This document shows positions 48,078 through 57,408 of a DNA stretch of 64,000 bases, piece by piece. The DNA lies in NCBI GenBank assembly GCA_964230645.1, contig CAXRHT010000003.1, forward strand, positions 384,001-448,000. The letters are read 5' to 3'. This DNA comes from Bdellovibrionales bacterium (GTDB lineage: Bacteria > Bdellovibrionota > Bdellovibrionia > Bdellovibrionales > JAGQZY01). Within the stretch, counting starts at the first letter, position 1. Each line of letters begins with the position of its first letter. The position numbers were made by a program, and so were the translations under genes. Below the pieces are notes generated by a model that had not been told where the DNA came from, did not search any database, and saw only the letters and a list, made by a program, of their open reading frames with translations.

Positions 48078-48203
48078 GCAAATTGTTTATTGATTTCTTT
48101 ACCTTGGGTCAATCAATCAGTAGTATTTGGAGTACGAATTTTCGTGATCCTCAGGAGCTAGGACGGCTCCTACCATCTCAATAGACCTGCGGAGCATAAG
48201 GAA

Positions 48204-50789
48204 ATGACACTCAAATTAGCAATTGTTCATCTGGATATGGTTGTGAAAACTCTCGAACTCGAACCCGGAGAGTACTCACTGGGTCGTTCCAGTGAGAACA
48301 ATATTGTGGTGCAGCATTTCTCGCTCGAGCCCAAACACGGAACTCTCTTTTTTAAAGATGAGGTTTGGTTTTATAGAGACGCTCAAGGAAAAACGGAAAG
48401 ACTAAAAGATGATGCTGTGATCTCACTAAGTTCTCATATGAGTTTAACCACTCAAGAGTATGTGGAAAGTGGGGAAACAAAGTTTAGCGATTTTTCCACT
48501 CTTCGAGAAAAGCGTCAGGACATTGTGCAAAAAAGAATGCTTTTGGCCAGTGGACTTATCTTCTGTCTTTTATTTCTTACCGTGGGTGGATATTTCGCGT
48601 TTAGACAAGAGCCTGAAAACTTGCAACAGAATCAACTTCTCACTCAAGTCCGATCAAAAATTGTGGAGTTTGAAACGATTCGAGAGCAAAGACCCATTGA
48701 AGATCTTAAGAAGTATGGTGGCCTCACCGACGATGACTTTAAAGAGAGCAGTGGTTTTTGCACAGGATTTCTCGTGGGTCCAAATATTGTCTTAACCGCG
48801 GCCCACTGTTTGCTCGGCCGCTACGTTATTGACATCAACAACGATTTTTATCTTAAAACCTCCGATGGCAAACAGCACAAGATCGAAAAAGTCTTAGGGT
48901 TCGATGTGAAAAGAGACTTCCTTTATTTAAAAACCGAAGGCATGGAATCCTACGGTCACTTGGATTTTGCTGCAGACTATCGCATCGAACAGAAAATTTA
49001 CACTGTCGGAAATGTGCACGGAGAAGGGATCGCCATTCGCGATGGGATTATTTCCAGTGAATCCGCAGATCCCGACGAGCCTGATGTGAAATTCATTCGT
49101 TACAGTGCTGGCACAAGCCCTGGTAATAGCGGAGGCCCTCTACTTAACAGTCGTGGCGAAGTGGTGGCTCTTGTTTTTGCTTCGACCTATTCGGAGAACT
49201 TTAATCTCGGGACGCCGGCTGAGGACTTGGTTAAAGCTTATGACAAGTTTGTGAACGAAGAGGAAAAAGAGCATTCCGTTGAGATTGCGATCAAAAGACT
49301 CCTTAATTTTAAACCCTCAGTGATGTTGCAGGCTCTTGCTCTTCCTTACTTGCCACAATTTGACGATTACCCAGAGATTTCCCAGGCATTTTCGGAAGTA
49401 AAAATCGAAGTTCCCGTACCCATAGATTTTAACAACGTCGATGAGGCGATATTAAATCCACTCAATAAAGCCATGATAAAAACTTTTTATGAAGTTCAGG
49501 ATATCCTGCGTACAAAAGATGAAATTGTTTTGGATTGGACTTCATTTGTCACCGATAAAACCCCTGCGATTTTACCCTCTCAATTTGACGCCAGCCAAAG
49601 TGTGTTCACAAAAATAGGGGATCGTTACTTCCCCCATGTTGCGGGCCTTATCGATAGCCCCTCCAAAGCCGACTACCTAAAGTACCGCGAGGAGCTTAAA
49701 GAAGAGGATAAATTCGATTTTCAATCCTATGGGTACAATATTGAAATCTCAGGGGAGAAATATGATCTTCTTCCCTCTGATGTTTTTTATAAGCCTGATG
49801 AAAAGCCCGGCACAAGACTGCGGTTACAAAACCTCTCTTTCGGAGTGCCTTACTCACAGCTTTTAATCTTTGAAGATGGGGATTTGCGCACAGAGGGCTT
49901 CTTTAGTCTCAAGCTTTTTATGAAAAACTTCCTTGGAAAATCAGGAGTGCTTGCCAACTCGGCCTCTCGCTTCGTTAGACCCCTCTCGGTCAAAGATTTT
50001 ACGATCCGAGAGTTTGACTTCAAAAACGAGGATATCCAAAAAGCGACTGTAGAAGATCGCTTAGGGAGAACCTGGGAGAGAAGTCGTGTAAAGATTTTTG
50101 AATCGATTAACATACTGACCTATTGCACAGACCTGCCAGAGGGTGTGTTTTGTATTGGCCGTGCCTTGAACGTGCACAACAACCATTTGTTAACAATAAT
50201 TGAAAACAATTTTAGGAAATTCGTTCTCTCTCATCTCCTAATTAACCCCTTCTTTTGGGAGACGGACGACCTAATTGGTTTTTTAAATTCTAATAAAGAA
50301 AAGAACATGAAGCTGATGGAAGGTGTGAGCCTTACCAAAAAGGACGGAAAGCTTGTGGCCTCATTAAAAAACTTTCCATTGGAGTTTAGTGTGCCAGAGG
50401 CTGAGAAAATTCAGTCCGTTCGTTTACAAACGGGCCTTGTTGGAAATTCTGAGAAAGCCGACTGGGCGGGTTACGGCATGGAGTGGGTGCAGCTTGGCGA
50501 CGATAAGGATCTTGTTTGCGGAGCGGGCCTTGAGGTGTTTGAAAGTCAGTCCTCCTGGATTCTTAATTACCTAAGGGATCGCAAGAAACAGGAAAAACTA
50601 AAGAAAATAAAAGGTGAGGACCCTAAGCCTTTACCGGGAATTTGGTACAAGCCTTTTCGAGGTCTTGATACGCCTTTTCAAATCTACGGATATTGCGCGC
50701 CGCTCGAAGAAGATCCTCGTGTGTCAGATCAGTATTTTGTGGATTTTAAAAACGCTAAGCCACTGCGTCCTAAATATAAACTGCGCTAA
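48204..50789 (+). CDS. FHA domain - TM - trypsin-like (S1) serine protease with long C-terminal region
   Basis: LGRSSEN...SLEPKH FHA; one TM; TAAHC, RDF and GNSGGP catalytic triad motifs. Confidence 0.85.
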   Translation: MTLKLAIVHLDMVVKTLELEPGEYSLGRSSENNIVVQHFSLEPKHGTLFFKDEVWFYRDAQGKTERLKDDAVISLSSHMSLTTQEYVESGETKFSDFSTLREKRQDIVQKRMLLASGLIFCLLFLTVGGYFAFRQEPENLQQNQLLTQVRSKIVEFETIREQRPIEDLKKYGGLTDDDFKESSGFCTGFLVGPNIVLTAAHCLLGRYVIDINNDFYLKTSDGKQHKIEKVLGFDVKRDFLYLKTEGMESYGHLDFAADYRIEQKIYTVGNVHGEGIAIRDGIISSESADPDEPDVKFIRYSAGTSPGNSGGPLLNSRGEVVALVFASTYSENFNLGTPAEDLVKAYDKFVNEEEKEHSVEIAIKRLLNFKPSVMLQALALPYLPQFDDYPEISQAFSEVKIEVPVPIDFNNVDEAILNPLNKAMIKTFYEVQDILRTKDEIVLDWTSFVTDKTPAILPSQFDASQSVFTKIGDRYFPHVAGLIDSPSKADYLKYREELKEEDKFDFQSYGYNIEISGEKYDLLPSDVFYKPDEKPGTRLRLQNLSFGVPYSQLLIFEDGDLRTEGFFSLKLFMKNFLGKSGVLANSASRFVRPLSVKDFTIREFDFKNEDIQKATVEDRLGRTWERSRVKIFESINILTYCTDLPEGVFCIGRALNVHNNHLLTIIENNFRKFVLSHLLINPFFWETDDLIGFLNSNKEKNMKLMEGVSLTKKDGKLVASLKNFPLEFSVPEAEKIQSVRLQTGLVGNSEKADWAGYGMEWVQLGDDKDLVCGAGLEVFESQSSWILNYLRDRKKQEKLKKIKGEDPKPLPGIWYKPFRGLDTPFQIYGYCAPLEEDPRVSDQYFVDFKNAKPLRPKYKLR

Positions 50790-50802
50790 ATGCCACACAA
50801 GA

Positions 50803-50940
50803 GTCATCCTGAGCGGTACCCCTCTGTCATCCTGAGCGGAGCGAAGGATCTTAGGTCTTTCGCTTCGCTCAAGACGACATAGCTAAATCCCAAGGCGACA
50901 TAACTAACTCCTCAAGACGACAAAGCTGACAAAGACGACA
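50803..50940. repeat. GTCAT-type palindromic REP-like element, copy 4
   Basis: Core 50826-50878 differs from copy 1 at two positions; partial left arm at 50803; three downstream AAG(A/G)CGACA right-arm fragments. Confidence 0.9.
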
Positions 50941-51053
50941 TATCCGAACCCAGAGCCAAAAAATCCACCGAACGGCAGTGAATCTTGTGTTGAATTTGGG
51001 AGCAGGGCTATCTATAACTGAGTTTCAGCCATTTAACACATGAGGAGAGGTCT

Positions 51054-51500
51054 ATGAAACGCTCATTAAAAGTCCTATTAGCGGGTCTTACTCTGATTAG
51101 TTTTGCAGCTTGTGAAAGAGCTTCAGATACCGTCGTAGGAGTCCCCAATGTGACCATCGATTGTAACTCAACCGATCACCCCCAGTGTAGTGGCTCTATC
51201 ACACCCCTAGGACGGGTCATCATGACTCGCTCTGGATGTGAAAACGCTGATTTTGAACCGATAGCTTCTGGAACGGTCACTTTGACTTGCGCAACATCTG
51301 GTTGTCTTGGAACTGTGAATGACTGGGTGGATACCAACGGAAACGATGTTAACGAAATCATTTCTGGTCGAATGGATCTTTGTGGATTGATTGATTTTAA
51401 CAGCGACACCCAAGAAGACCCTGGTGACTACATCAACACCACCTCTCAGGATATAAGCTCCAGTGCAACAATTATCCTAGAAGTTTGGGAAGAAGTTTAA
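51054..51500 (+). CDS. Hypothetical Cys-containing lipoprotein
   Basis: FAAC lipobox, GAGGAG RBS. Confidence 0.7.
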   Translation: MKRSLKVLLAGLTLISFAACERASDTVVGVPNVTIDCNSTDHPQCSGSITPLGRVIMTRSGCENADFEPIASGTVTLTCATSGCLGTVNDWVDTNGNDVNEIISGRMDLCGLIDFNSDTQEDPGDYINTTSQDISSSATIILEVWEEV

Positions 51501-51504
51501 AGAA

Positions 51505-52296
51505 TTGGAGTCTAAAGACGTGAATCTAAGCAAAGGCAAAAATTTCCTAAACGTGAACTATCAAATCTCTCGCTACATTCTGCAAGCGATGGGTAACCAA
51601 TGGAAGAATCGAAACGATGATTTCAAAAAAAGGCAACGAGCCCTTGAGATCACGGCCGAGAATTCCTCCCGCGTTTTAAAAAAGCTTAACGTCACCGTCA
51701 CCGCCAATATCCAAAACCCAGAGATATTTGATCGAAATTACTTTATGGTTTGTAACCATATGTCTTACATCGACATCTTGGTGCTAAGCTCCATTCGACC
51801 AGCAGTTTTCGTCACTTCCGTAGAAATGGAGAAAACCTTTTTTCTTGGCGATATGGCCAAATGGGGCGGAAGCTTCTTTGTGAACCGGATCAATCGTAGA
51901 AAAATGAAGGAAGAGGTTAAGGCTCTTGAAGAGCTTTTAGAAAAAGGTTTTAACGTCTTTATTTTTCCTGAGGGAACGAGTACCAACGGACAAGAGCTTC
52001 TTCCCTTTAAGAAGTCCCTTTTCAGGGTGCCCTTTCAAACGGGTGCGCCTATTTTACCGATCTGCTTAAAATATAAAAGCATTGATGGAAAACCTTTTTC
52101 TAACGAGAACTGCGATAGAGTCTGCTGGTATGACGATATGACCTTTGCGCCACACTTCCTGCAGCTTATGGACTTAAAGGATATGCAGGCGGAGGTGACC
52201 TATCTTGATCCTCTCGACCCTAAAGATTTCGAGTCCCATGGTGATTTATCGGCCACCGCCCAAAAGGCTATTGCGCAATGCTATTACGGGTCTTAG
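51505..52296 (+). CDS. Lysophospholipid acyltransferase (PlsC family)
   Basis: CNHMSYID (NHx4D), FVNR, FPEGTS, PFKKSLF motifs. Confidence 0.9.
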   Translation: MESKDVNLSKGKNFLNVNYQISRYILQAMGNQWKNRNDDFKKRQRALEITAENSSRVLKKLNVTVTANIQNPEIFDRNYFMVCNHMSYIDILVLSSIRPAVFVTSVEMEKTFFLGDMAKWGGSFFVNRINRRKMKEEVKALEELLEKGFNVFIFPEGTSTNGQELLPFKKSLFRVPFQTGAPILPICLKYKSIDGKPFSNENCDRVCWYDDMTFAPHFLQLMDLKDMQAEVTYLDPLDPKDFESHGDLSATAQKAIAQCYYGS

Positions 52297-52454
52297 AAAA
52301 AACGATTTCTCCGAGCAGAAGTTTCTAGTAGTATGTCCTAAATATTTGAAAAGATTAATTTTCTATAAGAAATAGGAAAGCTAAGAGAATGCACTGTCCC
52401 TACCCAAAATCTCTAAGGGAAATTACTTTTTTGTCACCATTTAGGAGGAATAGA

Positions 52455-54455
52455 ATGAAAATGATTGCTGTTTTAATCATTGCCCTTTCAAGCCCATCGC
52501 TTTTTGCCTTTAGTACAGGCCCGGATGAGTCAGAAAGAACCAGTGAAATCCCTGATCGTCGTGAATTTCCCGTTGATCCCGATATCGATCCTTGTACGGA
52601 CTACTTCCAATACGCTTGTGGACCGGCTCTTTCAAAATTTAAAATGCGTGAAGACCGCAGCCGCCACATTTTTTCGTTCAGTGATTCAAGAGAACGAATT
52701 CTTGATGCCAAAGAGTCTTATCTTGCAAAATTAAAAGATAAAGACAAGTTCAACGAAAAGTCCAAGCAGCTTAAAGATTACTACCTTTCGTGTACAAACC
52801 TTGATGCTCGTGCCAAGGAAGAGAAAAAAGTCTTAAATGAAGCTGTTGAAAAAATGAAAGAGATCAAGAGTAAAAAAGAGTTCGCTCAGTACTTGACCTC
52901 TCAGTCGCTTAAAGGTCAGGACTCCCATGTTGGATTCACTAATATTGAGAATCTTGATAACTCTAAAATTTATGACTTTATTATGATGCCCTCTCTTATG
53001 GCCTCTATGCCTGAGCCGAGTTACTATAAAAACGAAGAGCTCATGAAAGAGTTCAAAGAAATTGCCACAGAGTTTTTCAAGTTGGCTGGCTACAAAGACG
53101 CTGAAAAAAGAGCCCAGTGGGTTGTTGATTTTGAAAAAGAGTATATCAATAAGTATCCCACTCCAGCAGAAAGACGTCCTCTTTGGTCGAAGAGAGCTTA
53201 TTCTAAGAAAAGTGATCTGTTGAAATACAAAAACCTTCAACTCGGTAAAATCTTAGAAAAAGTCCCTGGTAAAATTAAGATCAGAAATCCCATGGATGAT
53301 GTTTTCAAGTATCAGAACAAAGCGTTTGATAAATATAGCCTTGATCAGTTGAAAACAGTCTACCTTTTCCAATCAACAGAAGGAGCCTTAGATGCAGGCT
53401 TTCCTGACTACTTTGAAAAAGGTTTCAAATTCTCACATAAGTATCTAGGTGGCTCTGCTAAAAGGCCTGAGCTCAAAGAGCGTTGTACAATGGATGTGAT
53501 GAATCGCTTTAATAAAGAGCTTGATTACGAAGTTTACGACAGCTTCTTCCCAGACTTTCCTGAGAAGAAGTTTGTGGCTTTGCTTGAAAAGGTGAGAGCT
53601 TCGATCCTAGAGGGTCTTGCGAAAAACAAATGGCTTTCTAATAAATCAAAAGCCTCGGCTATGAAGAAGATCAAACTCGCCCGTTTTCAGGTGGTAAAAC
53701 CTAAAACGGAAAAAGAGTGGGATTTTAATCCGATCGCTGATTATAGCCCAGAGAAGTATTTGGCAAACCAAGAGATTCTTGATGAGAAACTAACTGAAAG
53801 AAATTTCGAGCGTCTGCCAAAGCCTGTGGATAAAGACATCTGGCACTACGGTCCTATGACGGTGAATGCCTATTATGACCCGACGGCGAATAAATTCGTC
53901 ATGCTTGCAGGTATCCTTCAGTATCCTTTCTATGACCCCAATCTTCCTGACTGGGTGAACCTAGGAGCCGTGGGAGCTGTAGTTGGACATGAGCTCGGAC
54001 ACGGTGTTGATGACCAGGGTTCTAAGTACGATGCTTACGGAAACGTTAAGCAGTGGATGACGGATAAAGATGTAGAAACCTTTCAAAGTCGCGGAAAGCA
54101 GTTGGTTGAGCAATTCAACAACGCAGGCCACGATGGAAAACTCACCCTCGGTGAAAACATCGGTGACCTTGTGGGTGTGACCTTTGCTTTGAATGCCGCC
54201 AAAAAGACAATGCCTGTTGATCCTGTGGCCAGAGAAAAAGCCACAAAAGAGTTTTTCCGTCAGTGGGCCAGAGCTTGGTGCGGAACTATGCTTCCTAAAA
54301 GAGAAGAGATGCAGTTAAAAACAGATCCTCACGCTCTTGTATGGGCTCGAGTGAATGAGCAAATGAAGCACCAAGGTGACTTTGCTAAAGTTTATAATTG
54401 TAAGAAAGGTGACAAACTATATCTACCACCGGAAAAGAGAGTTTCTATCTGGTAG
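52455..54455 (+). CDS. Secreted M13 (neprilysin/PepO) metallopeptidase
   Basis: DPCTDYFQYACG, VNAYY, HELGH, GENIGD; AGGAGG RBS before ATG 52455; signal peptide. Confidence 0.93.
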   Translation: MKMIAVLIIALSSPSLFAFSTGPDESERTSEIPDRREFPVDPDIDPCTDYFQYACGPALSKFKMREDRSRHIFSFSDSRERILDAKESYLAKLKDKDKFNEKSKQLKDYYLSCTNLDARAKEEKKVLNEAVEKMKEIKSKKEFAQYLTSQSLKGQDSHVGFTNIENLDNSKIYDFIMMPSLMASMPEPSYYKNEELMKEFKEIATEFFKLAGYKDAEKRAQWVVDFEKEYINKYPTPAERRPLWSKRAYSKKSDLLKYKNLQLGKILEKVPGKIKIRNPMDDVFKYQNKAFDKYSLDQLKTVYLFQSTEGALDAGFPDYFEKGFKFSHKYLGGSAKRPELKERCTMDVMNRFNKELDYEVYDSFFPDFPEKKFVALLEKVRASILEGLAKNKWLSNKSKASAMKKIKLARFQVVKPKTEKEWDFNPIADYSPEKYLANQEILDEKLTERNFERLPKPVDKDIWHYGPMTVNAYYDPTANKFVMLAGILQYPFYDPNLPDWVNLGAVGAVVGHELGHGVDDQGSKYDAYGNVKQWMTDKDVETFQSRGKQLVEQFNNAGHDGKLTLGENIGDLVGVTFALNAAKKTMPVDPVAREKATKEFFRQWARAWCGTMLPKREEMQLKTDPHALVWARVNEQMKHQGDFAKVYNCKKGDKLYLPPEKRVSIW

Positions 54456-54484
54456 AAGTCTTCACAAGAAATTGATTTTTCAAG

Positions 54485-54517
54485 AGCCAAGGCCTCATAG
54501 GACCTTGGCTTTTTTTT
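54485..54517 (+). terminator. Rho-independent terminator after the M13 gene
   Basis: AGCCAAGG...CCTTGGCT followed by a T run. Confidence 0.8.
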
Positions 54518-54636
54518 ACCTGGAGCCTAATAAACCCCATCAATAGGGCGGGTTTTTTTGTGTAGAATTGAGCAAGAAAGCCGCTTGGTTCTTGAGCGCT
54601 GGACTTGATACTGAGGAAGCGATAGCCTGTCAGCCC

Positions 54637-54987
54637 ATGATTGAGAAATTTAAGAAGATCATTCAGTTTATTAAGGAAGTCAGCAAAGATGAACGCATCC
54701 CAGAGCGTGATAAGAAGGTGATCCTCGTGATGGTGGCCCTAGTGGTTTCACCTATCGATTTTATTCCCGATTGGATTCCGATCATCGGGATTTTAGACGA
54801 TATTTTTATCATGGCCCTTGTCTTGGACTATTTTTTTACGGTTCTAGATTCCCAAGTTCTTCTCTCCCACTATCCCTTTGGGATGAAGAGTTTCATCGCG
54901 CTAAAAAAAACGTCCAGGATGATTTCTTGGATCACGCCGGAGTTTGTTAGAGATCGGATTTGGAAATACAAACCACCGGTCTACTAA
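54637..54987 (+). CDS. YkvA/DUF1232 family membrane protein
   Basis: SPIDFIPDWIPIIGILDD motif. Confidence 0.88.
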   Translation: MIEKFKKIIQFIKEVSKDERIPERDKKVILVMVALVVSPIDFIPDWIPIIGILDDIFIMALVLDYFFTVLDSQVLLSHYPFGMKSFIALKKTSRMISWITPEFVRDRIWKYKPPVY

Positions 54988-54998
54988 AAAGAGGCTTT

Positions 54999-55436
54999 AT
55001 GGTTAAACCACATATCTATTTTTTACTGATCGTTCTGCTTACGTCCTGTGCTCATAAAAAAGAAAAGGACCCGGAGCTTGCCTCCCAACAAGAGCATATG
55101 CAGGAGAACATGAAGCAAAGGCTAAGCATCTTTTTTTGCACCGGAGACGTTTATTTCAGAGCTTGTTTTGATACCAATCCGGATGAGTGTGTCGAGGTTG
55201 TGCAGGAGAATTTTGAAGACTGCCTCCCAGAGGTTATGCCCAATCCCTTTCAGGGGAAAGCCGCCCATATGTACAGTCAAAAACTGGGACAGTGTCTTGG
55301 GCATCGCTATGATCAGGTGATGAGAGACAAGGGTAAGTTTATAGGCAAAAAAAATCCCGCTTGTAAAAAGTCGATGGATGATGTGAAAGAAGAGAAGATT
55401 AAAGAGAAAGTCCAAGAGGTTAAAGAAAACCACTAA
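54999..55436 (+). CDS. Hypothetical Cys-rich lipoprotein
   Basis: LTSC lipobox after ATG 54999; GAGG RBS. Confidence 0.65.
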   Translation: MVKPHIYFLLIVLLTSCAHKKEKDPELASQQEHMQENMKQRLSIFFCTGDVYFRACFDTNPDECVEVVQENFEDCLPEVMPNPFQGKAAHMYSQKLGQCLGHRYDQVMRDKGKFIGKKNPACKKSMDDVKEEKIKEKVQEVKENH

Positions 55437-55441
55437 CCGAC

Positions 55442-55620
55442 AATGGCATTAAGAGCATAATGTAATTCCGAGTAAATGTCATTCTGAGCGTAGCGAAGAA
55501 TCTATCACCACCGAGTTCTCGTTATTAATCAAAGCCCTCGGCAATAGGTCCTTCGCTGCGCTCAGGACGACAATTGAGGTAAGTGCAGAATGATAATTCC
55601 ACTGTGTTGAGGACGACAAA
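55442..55620. repeat. GTCAT-type palindromic REP-like element, copy 5
   Basis: Left arm GTCATTCTGAGCGTAGCGAAGAATCT 55478-55503; right arm AGGTCCTTCGCTGCGCTCAGGACGAC 55546-55571; decayed arm fragments on both sides. Confidence 0.85.
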
Positions 55621-55655
55621 GGGGAGTTGGACGATAGCTCGAATTGGAATCTGCG

Positions 55656-55690
55656 AAAAAAAAAGGGCCATAGGCCCTTTTTTCTTTTTT
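55656..55690. terminator. Bidirectional Rho-independent terminator
   Basis: A run-GGGCC-ata-GGCCC-T run between convergent genes. Confidence 0.85.
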
Positions 55691-55711
55691 TGAAAGTAGA
55701 GTTAGGTCGGT

Positions 55712-56275
55712 TTAGAAACCGAATCCAACAAGAGCTTTAGCGTAAACTCCATCAAAATTGATTTCGTTTGGTACGGCGTTGTTAGTGGTTTCGTAAGTGG
55801 CAAAGTTATATCCAAGCTCGGCACCCACTTGAATGATACCTAGAGAAACTCCCGCTTCAGCTCCAAGGCTGTAAGTTAGATCAGCGCTGTAATCTCCACT
55901 GATTTGGTTGCTGTAATCCACCGTTACATCGTTAGCAAAGCCGATAGTTCCGATCGCACCCACATAAAGAAGAGTGTTGATAAGTCTGTAGTTAACAAGC
56001 AAAGAAATTCTTTCCATGTCACTATCAAAGCTGGCGTTACCCGCTTCAACATCAAAACCCATGGTTTCGTATCTTAATCCAAATCCAAATGGAATAAGGG
56101 GAGGCTCGACGATGGCGTCTAAGTTAAAGCCACTCATTGTTGAAAGGTCAGCTCCAGCTCCTGTGTCCTTATCGGCAGGAGTGTTGACTCCGTATCCAGC
56201 GCGCACTTCAAAAAGGGCTTGAGCTGGTGAAGTGAAAGCGATCAAAGCGAAAAGAATTAATAATTTTTTTGTCAT
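55712..56275 (-). CDS. Small outer-membrane beta-barrel protein
   Basis: Signal peptide ending AQA, amphipathic strands, C-terminal VGFGF; AAGGAG RBS. Confidence 0.75.
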   Translation of the reverse strand: MTKKLLILFALIAFTSPAQALFEVRAGYGVNTPADKDTGAGADLSTMSGFNLDAIVEPPLIPFGFGLRYETMGFDVEAGNASFDSDMERISLLVNYRLINTLLYVGAIGTIGFANDVTVDYSNQISGDYSADLTYSLGAEAGVSLGIIQVGAELGYNFATYETTNNAVPNEINFDGVYAKALVGFGF

Positions 56276-56394
56276 AGGGGACTCCTTTTTAAATCACCTC
56301 ACAATACCCTTAATTCGGGTAAGCATTGAAGGCTCGATTTGTCATTTTTTGTGAAGATTTTGTGAACTTGGAATTTTGTTTTCTGAGAATCCGA

Positions 56395-57405
56395 TTAGAG
56401 GTAGGAGAGAGCTTTGGTCGCGATTGGGGTCACTGAAAGATTGTCCATACAGTAGTAGTGGGGACAAGCTTCAAGGAGACATTCAAACTGAGCGGGGCAG
56501 TCCACTTGTGGTGAAAAAGTCACGGTTTCATCTCCCATTGGACCCCAGCGCTTGGCTTGGTGAACCAAAATGGGGGAGTAGAGTCCCAAAGAGGCCACCC
56601 CCAGGGAAGCGCTCAAATGGAGCACTCCCGTACTGGGGGCTATGGTGGCACTGGCATTTTCTAGAAGTTTCAACAACTGAAAACCATCGAGCTGCTTGTC
56701 GAGCCAAACAACTCGGTGATTATCTTTTAATGACTTTTTTAAAGGGTTTAAATAGGGCTCATCGCTTTTTGTACCGGTGATGACCACAGGGCACTGTTCG
56801 GTGAGCTTGTTAATAAGTGTGGCGTAATTTTTGATGGGCCAATTAAGGGCTGAGCCCCCCATACCGGGATGAACGACTATATATTTTTGGTTAAAATTAA
56901 ACTGAAGGCGACTTTCTTTAGGAGCCTTTAGTTTGACTGGTTTCCAAGATTCTTTGTTTTGCGCGAGGGAAAAGGTGTGTTCGACCAAAAGGTAGTTGTA
57001 TTCCATTTCGTGAAACTCACAGCGACTGCGTTTTTGCCGAAGGGCCTTGTTTAAAAAAAGATAGGAGTGCCATTGGGACTTAACTCCTCCTCTCGTTTTA
57101 ACTCCGGCTATCCATAGGGCTAAGTTAACCCACCAAGGAACATGAAAACTCACCGAGACTTCCGGTTTAATACTTCGGATCCATTTAACCAGTTTAAAAA
57201 AAGCAGCCCAAGTGAAATCCTTTTTAACAGAACGATACTCTTTTTTCGGAGTGGCACTATCGACCACAAACTCAAGGCCCTTTGGCACAAGCCAGTGGAC
57301 CTTGTAGTTTTCTGAAACTAAGGAATCACAGGGGAGGGTGAGTACCAAATCCCCCATTCTGTCCAATCGAATAAAAAGAGCCGTCTTCATGAGCTGTGTT
57401 TCCAA
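56395..57405 (-). CDS. Glycosyltransferase family 9 (LPS heptosyltransferase-like)
   Basis: IRLDRMGDLVLTLP, VVHPG, NWP, STGVLHLSASLG, RWGP and C-terminal Cys motifs; start may be ATG 57390. Confidence 0.88.
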   Translation of the reverse strand: METQLMKTALFIRLDRMGDLVLTLPCDSLVSENYKVHWLVPKGLEFVVDSATPKKEYRSVKKDFTWAAFFKLVKWIRSIKPEVSVSFHVPWWVNLALWIAGVKTRGGVKSQWHSYLFLNKALRQKRSRCEFHEMEYNYLLVEHTFSLAQNKESWKPVKLKAPKESRLQFNFNQKYIVVHPGMGGSALNWPIKNYATLINKLTEQCPVVITGTKSDEPYLNPLKKSLKDNHRVVWLDKQLDGFQLLKLLENASATIAPSTGVLHLSASLGVASLGLYSPILVHQAKRWGPMGDETVTFSPQVDCPAQFECLLEACPHYYCMDNLSVTPIATKALSYL

Positions 57406-57408
57406 AAA

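Noticed and set aside
56376..56780. 134-aa plus-strand ORF
   Set aside because: Antisense to the well-supported GT9 gene and has no recognisable motif
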